NCBI RefSeq assembly: GCF_001194135.2
Contig: NC_068983.1
Span: 120,978,384-121,021,757 of the forward strand
DNA: 43,374 nt
From: Octopus bimaculoides
Taxonomy: Eukaryota
Reading direction: 5' to 3'
In this document: piece by piece, positions 34,987 through 43,374 of the stretch
Layout: every line of letters begins with the position of its first letter
How positions within the stretch are numbered: the first letter of the stretch is position 1
Translations under genes and position numbers: made by a program
Notes under the pieces: model-generated
The model's database searches: none
What the model was told of the DNA's origin: nothing
What the model saw: the letters and a program-made list of their open reading frames with translations, nothing else

Positions 34987-35375
34987 GTTTGTTTCAGTCA
35001 TTTTGACTGTGGCCATGCTGGAACACCGCCTTTAGTCGAGCAAATCGACCCCAGCACTTATTCTTTGTAAGCCCAGTACTTATTCTATTGGTCTCTATTG
35101 CTGAACTACTAAGTTACGGGGATGTAAACACACCAGCATCAGTTGTCAAGTGATGTTGTGGGAGAGACAAACACAGACACACAAACACACACACATATGT
35201 ATATATATATACGACGGGCTTCTTTCAGTTTTTGTCTACTAAATCTACTCTCAAGGCTTTGGTTGACCCGAGGCTATAGTAGAAGACACTTGCCCAAAGT
35301 GCTACATAGTGAAACTGAACCCGGAACCATGTGGTTGATAAGCAAGCTGCTTACCACACAGCTACTCCTGCACCT
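34987..35375 (-). mobile_element. SINE family A, full length
   Basis: Reverse complement of the 6421-6846 copy throughout. Confidence 0.92.
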
Positions 35376-35489
35376 ATAGGAGTATCTAAGTTTGTATTAC
35401 TTAATGTGTTCCTTCTATTTTAAAACAGTGGTATGAGATTGAAGTGTTATTTGGCTGACACTTCTAGCAGGTCGAGCAATTATGTAGAG

Positions 35490-35625
35490 CAGGCATGGGC
35501 AACCCTTTTTGAGAAGCGGGCAGTGTGAAACATGGTTCATCATCAGGCAGGCCACACTACTAAAAAATTTCAAGGTAATTTTTAGTGAGGCATGCCATTC
35601 AGAAAGTCCCATGGGCTCATGACTG
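35490..35625. mobile_element. 136-bp hAT MITE with perfect 8-bp TSD
   Basis: ATGTAGAG at 35482-35489 and 35626-35633; imperfect TIRs CAGGCATGGGC / GCTCATGACTG. Confidence 0.88.
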
Positions 35626-35972
35626 ATGTAGAGGCTTCTTCATGTTTAAGGGATGATGACTATGATGTGTAGCTCCAGGTCAGCCCTGATTGAGCACACT
35701 TTTGGTCAAAGGTAATCTGACCATGTTTTGTATATCATTTTTCCTTTGTGCCTATCTTTATTTAAAACAATGGCATGTGATTCATGGGAGATTGGCTGCT
35801 ATTTTTGGCAGTCATTTTATATACAAACATGTTGTTTGTGGTTTAGAGTGGGCATGAATATTTTCCAATTTGTGTATCTTCTCTAATTTTTTTTGTATAT
35901 GGACAGTTGACTCCTTCTACTTGGGTTATATTCTATGTAGGCTAGCACTAAAAATACTGTAGATGGAATTAA

Positions 35973-36192
35973 CCTTTTAGCATTCAGATTTCTTTGTCAA
36001 ATGTAATGCTTATTTATTCACATTGTTTTGAATTAACCATGCATTACTTTGTAGCTTTAAGATTTCAACAGTGTGTTTGTGTATTTCTAGAATGATACTG
36101 TAGGATAAGTGTGAGAGTTTGGATGTTGTCAGTTTTAACATAAAACAGGTAGAATATGTGAGCCAGTTATGGCTGGATTAATTGCTGAAGGG
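35973..36192. mobile_element. piggyBac-like MITE
   Basis: TTAA|CCTTTTAGCATT ... ATTGCTGAAGGG|TTAG: imperfect TIRs, TTAA-type target. Confidence 0.7.
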
Positions 36193-37674
36193 TTAGCAGA
36201 TGATGGTGGTGGTGTTACAAGGATTATGAATGGAGGGATATTACATGGACAGAATCAAAAAAACAGTAGGAGTTGGGTTTCACAGAATCAATTGAAAGGC
36301 AGTTATGAAAATATGCAAATAGAATGAAATGAGTTGTCTCACCTAGGGCTAATCAAAGCACCCATGCATTCAGGATTACTTTGACTACCAAGCGCAAGTG
36401 CCCTTTTCAAGCTGTGTTCTTCAGCCAGCATGTGCATTAAAGTTCACTATCTTCAACAAACTACTACTTCTAAACAATCCAGCAATGTGCTGCTAGAAAA
36501 CTGGACTTATCTGCCTAAGATTCAAAGACTCATATCCACCATGAACTATATTTGTGACTTTGTTTCCATGTCATGCCTCTGCTTGGACCCACTGAATGCT
36601 TTTGTTCCATCATGTCTAAGCCTTAGCTCTGATAATACAACCTTCATATTTTCTCGTTGAAGAAATGGTGAAGAACCATTTTTTGTCACTACCCTGTCAG
36701 TTGTAATGATTTTTCTAATCACCTCTTCACATCTAGTAATGAGCACTCCCTCTAATCTATTGCTTTATGTTGCTAATTTTTTGCTGTATTTTCTCATTTC
36801 ATCTCTAGTGACTATCTTCAGAAAGGCCCACCACTAGTTGCTGAGAATTTCCTCTATTTTCTCCCACATAACCACTTTATTGGGCTTTCTGTAACGGGCC
36901 TCTGTCTGTATGTCCATCTTGAGTTGTATGTGCAGATCAAAAACTCGTGGTCTCTGTAGTTGACCAGTTGGACACTGTATGCTACTCTCATCTTCTAACC
37001 TAACAATTATTCTATCTTGATGCAATCTAAATGACATGATGCAGGTAACATTTGAGAAATTCAGTCAAAACAATTCAGACAATAGACACTGTCTGCACAA
37101 ATCTCCAAGAATTTTAAAGTTTTTATTAATGGCAGAAGTTTATGCAGTTTGGGGAAGAATATAGTAAAATATATTGAACCCAGTACTTCAATGATTCTTG
37201 TATTACCAGCACTTAAGGCGTGGAAAATAAAGATGGTCCTGACAGAATTTGAACTCAAAGTGTAAATATTTTCTTCTTTATGTCTTTTGTTGTTGGTGAT
37301 CCCTAACATTTAATAAAAGTGGTTCCAAATAATCAGAGTATTAGCGGTGTTACTGAAGTAACATGCTCTGTTGTGTGAGGAAGTGTGTTAGCTGTTGGAA
37401 CCATTTGATGCTGCAGAGAAAGGCTTAAACATCATAACTTCTTATTTTCCATTTCCTAAAAGTATTTTATTTTTGAGCAGTTCATATTACATCTAGTACA
37501 CTTTCCATCAGTGACTATTGCCACATTTGTCACCACTGCCAACTCCACCATTATCACCAACATAACCATCACCAACTGTATTACCATCAATATAATTGCT
37601 AATGAGGAGTCCTCTTCACAGTCACTCAAATTCAAAGAAATAGCTGTCAATTCTCCCTCAGATAGCATCTCATT

Positions 37675-37934
37675 CATCATCATCATCATCATCATCGTTT
37701 AACGTCTGCTTTCCATGCTAGCATGGGTTGGACGATTTGACTGAGGACTGGTGAAACCGGATGGCAACACCAGGCTCCAATCTGATTTGGCAGAGTTTCT
37801 ACAGCTGGATGCCCTTCCTAACGCCAACCACTCAGAGAGTGTAGTGGGTGCTTTTACGTGTCACCCACACGAAGGCCAGTCAGGCGGTACTGGCAACGGC
37901 CACGCTCAAAATGGTGTATTTTATGTGCCACCCG
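37675..37934 (-). mobile_element. Family C retroposon, 5'-truncated
   Basis: Near-identical to 33241-33487. Confidence 0.92.
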
Positions 37935-38338
37935 TGAAAAAAAGGAAATGAGATAATATAGTATAGCATATACTGTTTCTGAGAGAAAAACAAGCTTGTT
38001 AATAAGCAGGAATGATGACAGGACTCTGATATGATCAGGGACATGGCATTGCTCAGTATTCAGACAAGGAGTAAGTATAAATTCCATTTGCTTTAACCAA
38101 TTTAAGTATGACAACCAAGAGTTGGATTGAAGGCCAATAGAAAAATGAACTTTGTATGCAGCAGATGCCACTGGAGCAGTATGTACTATGAGTGTACTAG
38201 TAAAGGATTCTCTTAAATTCCTGGATGGCTCACTAGAAGTATTTGATAGCATCTGTTATCTAAGAAACATACTTAACAGGTGAAATGATACTCTGAAAGT
38301 ATAATAGCCAGATTAAGAATGAGTTGGAAAAAATTCTC

Positions 38339-38625
38339 CCTCAGAGTGAAGAGTAGATGGTATGGTGCTTGTATTAGAAGTGCAATGCCTGATGGTTTCA
38401 AGACCTAGATCTTCAATACAGAAGATTTAGGAAAATTGAAATGAAACAAAACTAGCATGCTTAAATAGATGTGTAATGTTAGTGTGCATGAATGCCAGAG
38501 TAGAAATGTGCTAAGCAATAAACCGAATAGGAGAGGAGTCAGGTGTTGAGTGCAAGAGAGGAGGTCATGCTGGTATGGGGAGGTTATACTTGTTGAGGGG
38601 TGACTGTTGCATGCAAATTTGCCAA
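38339..38625 (+). pseudogene. Heavily decayed RTE-clade LINE RT C-terminal fragment
   Basis: LRVKSRWYGACIRSAM...SMLK*MCNVSVH...GVRC*VQERRSCWYG resembles RTE ...LYDACVRTAML...ERRLRWYGHV. Confidence 0.7.
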
Positions 38626-38854
38626 GTATTCCAAATTAAGGAAACCTGAGAGAGAGAGAGACAGAGAGAGAGAGATGGTAGTAAACTTGAGACAATGTAA
38701 TGAAAGCTGACCTATCTTAACAAAAGACTTACTAACTGGAAAAATGTGGTGCTACAGCAGCAGCCATCCCCCAGTAGCAAAATGCAATCTAACACAAGAT
38801 TAGTGTTTAGAAGTTGGTACATATATGCGCCCCCCCCCACCAACACACATAAAA

Positions 38855-39035
38855 TCATCATCATCCTTTTAACATCCACTTTCGCATGTTTGCATGGGTC
38901 AGGCGGAAATTGTTGAAGCAGATTTTCTGCAATTGGATGCCATTGTTGCCACCCCCACTTATTTCCATGTAAGGTAATACTTTTTTTTCCTTAACTGGAT
39001 GTTTTCATGCAATGTCAAGGCAAGGTTACAACACA
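38855..39035 (-). mobile_element. Family D retroposon 3' fragment
   Basis: CATCATCATCCTTTTAACATCCACTTTCGCATGTTTGCATGGGTC...TTGGATGCCC. Confidence 0.65.
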
Positions 39036-39093
39036 TGCACACACACACACACACACGCTCGTGCGCACATACATATATATATATATATCATTA

Positions 39094-39280
39094 TTATTAT
39101 TAAGTTAAAAAACAGGGATCTATTGGATACACCTTAATTTGTTAATTACTTAACATATTCACCTTCAATTGTTTCATTTCACAAAATTTGTGAAACGAAA
39201 CAATTGTAGGTGAATATGTTAAGTAATTAATAAGTAAATTTGTATCCATTAGCTCTCTCTGTTTTTGAACTCAATAATAA
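39094..39280. repeat. 187-bp imperfect palindrome
   Basis: Centre TTTCACAAA-A-TTTGTGAAA (39177-39195); arms include TTAATTACTTAACATATTCACCT / AGGTGAATATGTTAAGTAATTAA. Confidence 0.92.
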
Positions 39281-39387
39281 CATTTGATATTTTATGATAT
39301 TTTATATAATATATTCATTGAAGAAATATCTCTTCAAAATATAAGAGGTTTAAATATCATCATTGTGGCTAATATATATATAAAGTG

Positions 39388-39489
39388 ACTTCTTTCAGTT
39401 TCCATCTATTAAATACATTCACAAGGGTTTGGTTGGCCTGGGGGTATAATAGAAAACACTTGCCAAGGTGCAATGCAGTGGGACTGAAC
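39388..39489 (-). mobile_element. SINE family A 5' module, cut by a gap
   Basis: TTCTTTCAGTTTCCATCTA...CACTTGCCAAGGTGC...GGGACTGAAC. Confidence 0.75.
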
Positions 39490-39701
39490 NNNNNNNNNNN
39501 NNNNNNNNNNNNNNNNNNNNNNNNNNNNNNNNNNNNNNNNNNNNNNNNNNNNNNNNNNNNNNNNNNNNNNNNNNNNNNNNNNNNNNNNNNNNNNNNNNNN
39601 NNNNNNNNNNNNNNNNNNNNNNNNNNNNNNNNNNNNNNNNNNNNNNNNNNNNNNNNNNNNNNNNNNNNNNNNNNNNNNNNNNNNNNNNNNNNNNNNNNNN
39701 N

Positions 39702-39733
<32 letters not shown>

Positions 39734-39735
39734 TG

Positions 39736-39886
39736 GAGTAAGCACATAAAATGTGCAACAAGGTGGAAAAACGAGTACTCAAATACCAGAGGTAGAGTAA
39801 TATGCTTTATTTAAAAGTAGCTGAAATATAACAAAAGACTGTTACTCTGAGTTTCACGTTCCCATTCATCGGACAGTTTACTGTCC
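39736..39886 (-). mobile_element. ~150-bp PLE-derived element: HHR plus tail
   Basis: Same family as 3573-3717 and 3775-3908; abuts (TA)n; terminal mini-hairpin GGACAGT-TT-ACTGTCC (39871-39886). Confidence 0.8.
39839..39876 (-). ncRNA. Minimal type I hammerhead ribozyme motif (U4C variant)
   Basis: CTGT-CCGATGA-ATG GGAA CGT-GAAAC-TCAGA-GTA-ACAG: stem I 4 bp, stem II 3 bp with G.U, near-palindromic stem III ACTC-A-GAGT, GUA triplet. Confidence 0.75.
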
Positions 39887-41039
39887 CTTCTCATTATATC
39901 CTCACTCTCTTTCTGTAACTCATCCCCTTATCACACAGCTTCCTCCTCATCTCTCTACCATCTGGGTAGTCTACACTTTGTCATCCACTTTGCTTCACTC
40001 TGACACCATCATCCTTCTCTTGGCCCACATATGCAAGAAGCTATACTTAGACCACTAGCTTCACCCTACTATACTCATCCTGCTGTACTACCTACTAGCG
40101 CATTTCCAGATGACCTTTATTGTCACCCAACACGTGCACTTGCTTTTCTCACTACCCTTTATTCCACTTCAATGGTGCTCACCAACCTGTCTTTCATTTG
40201 CTGCTCTCATTGCATTCACCGACTGATCCTCTTCTCTCTTTCTCTCCCCACAGACTCCCCAGCTAGGATGCACTCTCTGCACTCGCATTCTACCCTCTTA
40301 ACTCCATGTACTCTCCAGTTTCTCCTTCTCTCACTGTCCTCTCCCCACAGCTCTACTGTCTCCTCAGTAACTTTCGTAGCCTACACTATCATGCCTCCAT
40401 GCCTTACATTCAATAACTCACTGGATTCTTCACCACTCATCTATTTCATGTCTTCATTTCCCTCACACCTTCCATCCATACTCATCCTTATAATGTAAGA
40501 TTGTTTTGGACCCCCATACAGAACCCACCTTACCACTCTGTGCTTTCATTTTCCTTCGTATTAACCCCTCACACAAAGCCCTTCCTTTTTCTCATGTTCT
40601 ATGCTATACTCCCTCCCCAAATAATTTCTATGCCACACACACATACACACATGCAACTTTGTTGCTTAAATGAATATACAGATGCAAAAACTCAGTTATG
40701 TCTCAGTTTATACATGTACATATATATATATATATATATAGGAATAAACAATGGTACAAATTAGTACCAACAATTGCTAGAAATAAGAGTAAAAAAAGAT
40801 TGATCATTTGAATTTAGTGCTCACTTTCAATGGTTTTTCTCATAAGTTTGTACAAGGCATGCTACCATTTTTAATCCGGAGTACCAGTAAGACCCTCTGA
40901 TAAGAAAGAAGATCATAATGACCAGAGTTCGAGACCACATGATGAGGATATGTTTGTATACTTCAATTTGTGAGCTCATCTCACCATAGAAAGGTGCTTT
41001 AAGCTTGCTCACTCGCACTCATTCAATTTCATGAGTTGT

Positions 41040-41240
41040 CCTTCAGTACTTTGTCCATGTCTTCCTGGGTCTCTCTCTTCCATGTGTTCCATCTACTTTG
41101 AGAGGTTGGCACTTCATTATGGAGCTGTTGGCATCCATTTACATCACATGATCAAACCAGTGTAATGTCTGCAAACATGTCCTCTTGAATGAATATGTGA
41201 TGGATCCTTATTTCCCTCCAGTATAGCATGAGCAGTTTAA
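41040..41240 (-). pseudogene. Decayed RTE-clade LINE RT C-terminal fragment
   Basis: TLHWFDHVM*MDANSSIMKCQPLKVDGTHGRERPRKTW matches the RTE LRWFGHV...GRGRPRKTW motif. Confidence 0.8.
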
Positions 41241-41638
41241 TATCTGATTTTTAATGTTTTTATAGTTGTTTAGTCCCATGTTATTCCTGAACAAGCTTAT
41301 AATCAAAGGCATTCCACCCATGACCATCTTGTCTTTTGTATGTCAGTGATTATATTCTATAATGTATCATTCTTTATCTAAGTTGGTTGCAGTGAGGAAG
41401 GTTGTTATTTTAACATATAGAAACTACCTTGTTGGCTTCTGGCTTCTCCTTTGCAGTAGTAATGGGTGGGGAACAGGTTCTACAAGACACCGGTTGTTGG
41501 TTCCAAAAGGGTTGCTATATGATTTCATTAATGTATACATGAGTGACTATATATGTATTTGAGGTCAATGCCATGTTTTCACACCTGTCAATATCCTCAG
41601 TGAACTGTTGCAGATCTGTCATGTCAAGATTGTGGTGG

Positions 41639-41722
<84 letters not shown>

Positions 41723-41791
41723 TGTAAGTCAAATCTCTGAATCTGTCTTTCTCCCTCTCCCTATCCATCCATCCATCCATCTATCTATCTA

Positions 41792-42224
41792 CCGTAAATT
41801 CTCAAGTATAGTCCGCCCTTAAGTATAATACGCAGGAGATTTTTAAGGGGTTGTAGCTCTGAAAAACCTAAACCTTGTGTATAATATGCACCCGTTCTCG
41901 AACTTGGGTCAAGGAGGTCGATTTAACGTCCTTGGTTTGTAAACATGCATCCGGTAACGTCCTTTATTATTATTATTGTACATACAACATAATGCAAACG
42001 TGTAGCTTTTTTGTGCACTTTGTTTGCAGAAAATAAAGAAATAACAGGAAATAACGTCAGTGAAAAATAAATATAGCTTAAGGTATTTTTGCGCCCGACA
42101 TCACAAAATGCATCTGAATAAACATTGCCGGACAGCAAATAGAGACTCAGACATTGCTTAGAAAATATTTTTCATTTTTAACCTCGTATATAGTATGCAC
42201 TAAGGATTTTGACCTTTAAATTTT
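41792..42224. mobile_element. Tc1/mariner-superfamily (Tc2/pogo-like) non-autonomous element, runs into a gap
   Basis: TA|CCGTAAATTCTCAAGTATAGTCCG terminus with repeated subterminal GTATAATA(C/T)GCA motifs; the other end is not visible. Confidence 0.6.
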
Positions 42225-43320
42225 NNNNNNNNNNNNNNNNNNNNNNNNNNNNNNNNNNNNNNNNNNNNNNNNNNNNNNNNNNNNNNNNNNNNNNNNNNNN
42301 NNNNNNNNNNNNNNNNNNNNNNNNNNNNNNNNNNNNNNNNNNNNNNNNNNNNNNNNNNNNNNNNNNNNNNNNNNNNNNNNNNNNNNNNNNNNNNNNNNNN
42401 NNNNNNNNNNNNNNNNNNNNNNNNNNNNNNNNNNNNNNNNNNNNNNNNNNNNNNNNNNNNNNNNNNNNNNNNNNNNNNNNNNNNNNNNNNNNNNNNNNNN
42501 NNNNNNNNNNNNAGAGACTGGCAGGCTAACAATTGCTGTGACTTTGTAACCACTCCTCTTTCATCAAAGCTTCAACTAAGTTGACAATGTTCTATTTCCT
42601 GTTTCCATTTTCCTGATCGCCTATACTCAATTGTCCAGTAGCTATATGTGTTTATCTGCCAAGCGTACAAAAGCAATACTCACTTTCTTTCCCCTGTCTC
42701 CTTCTCCTTATTACTCCTTTCCAAGTCTTGCAGTTGAGGGGGGGGGGAATTGGTGGGGAATTGTCAGGCAAAATGGATATATTTGGGTTTAGGTTTTTTT
42801 GTTTTTTTTTCAAGCTTGGAAATGGATGGACAAGTAGATGGACAGAATAGATGGACATGCAGTTAAGCAAATGGATAGATTTGACAATCAGTGAGGTATG
42901 AAAGTAGGTAGACACTTGGCTTGCATAGTCTTAGATGTGTATGTACAAAGACTTGTATCGATTATGTGACCTGAATGTCACTGCATGAAGTTAACACTTA
43001 CACACTTCACCTACTTAGCTAACTAGTTCTAGTGTTTCTATGAGCAGCAGTTTAACTATCACCCTACATCTGACTATTACTACTACTTATTACAACTACT
43101 TAGGTAGTGTATAGAGGTGTGTTGGAGGTAATGCAGTGCTTTCCGTAAGATAGTTGCAGCACATACATGTATATTCATAAATCTACTTTCACCTGAATTC
43201 ACAAATTCACACACATGCACATATGAAAGAGAGGGGGAAGGGAGGGAGCGAAAGTATATATGTGTGTGTGTATACATGTATGTATATGTACATATATACA
43301 TATCTATATATATATGTATG

Positions 43321-43374
<54 letters not shown>

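Larger units (their letters stand above)
32175..35815 (-). repeat. Cluster of ~9 old, same-orientation copies of a ~200-250-bp repeat (family E)
   Basis: Recurring plus-strand motifs CCCAGGTCA...GATCAAAGGCATTCCAGCCATGACCATC (e.g. ~32430, 32665, 33555, 33760, 34625, 34932, 35672) and GAGGGAGATTTGGCTGCTATTTCTAGCAGG (e.g. ~32312, 32801, 33657, 33885, 34068, 35447, 35788). Strand is inferred from (AAC/ACC)n-like runs. Confidence 0.7.

Noticed and set aside
456-35375. tRNA genes at SINE heads
   Set aside because: Only A/B-box remnants continuing into SINE bodies; no complete cloverleaf.
36290-37050. Possible ancient LINE endonuclease remnant (DRIIVRL, NFNAHAG)
   Set aside because: Motifs are scattered over frames with many stops; too weak without an HMM search.
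39890-40500. Pyrimidine-rich stretch with a 155-aa ORF; similar purine-rich stretch at 4690-5130
   Set aside because: Compositionally biased; any LINE origin cannot be supported by eye.
2619-42553. Long ORFs containing X runs (e.g. 8350-9210, 13527-14354, 39369-39782, 42200-42553)
   Set aside because: They are open only because they cross N-gaps.
1143-43301. Many ORFs rich in YIYI, CVCV, HTHT or MMMM
   Set aside because: Translations of (TA)n, (TG)n and (GAT)n microsatellites; recurring MKPDG...FLQLDALPNA and MFQSF...HAGAPPL ORFs are chance frames in SINE copies.
1-43374. CRISPR array, rRNA or prokaryotic operon
   Set aside because: No regularly spaced repeat-spacer array, no rRNA-like sequence, no dense coding; the sequence is eukaryotic intron.

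Overview
AT-rich, microsatellite-dense animal genomic DNA with eight N-gaps. The SINE repertoire and (TA)n/(CA)n/(CAT)n load point to an octopod cephalopod (inference, no database search run). Only one host exon is supportable: a 32-bp plus-strand microexon (14581-14612, W-GFGKQGFQCK) from the C1a domain of a conventional protein kinase C, so the window is essentially two very large introns. The rest is mobile DNA: a decayed Tc1-type transposon with DD36E spacing, a Penelope-like (PLE) RT remnant, three RTE LINE fragments, several SINE families, hAT/piggyBac/Tc2-like MITEs, and a 2.08-kb Helitron splitting a SINE. The most interesting layer is a set of short PLE-derived elements carrying minimal hammerhead ribozyme (HHR) motifs: four recognisable cores, several decayed ones, and one candidate with non-canonical strand order. 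They repeatedly form fold-back inverted duplications at or near the ribozyme. All RNA structures were paired by eye and none is shown to be active. Family labels A-E are my own; most repeat boundaries are approximate.
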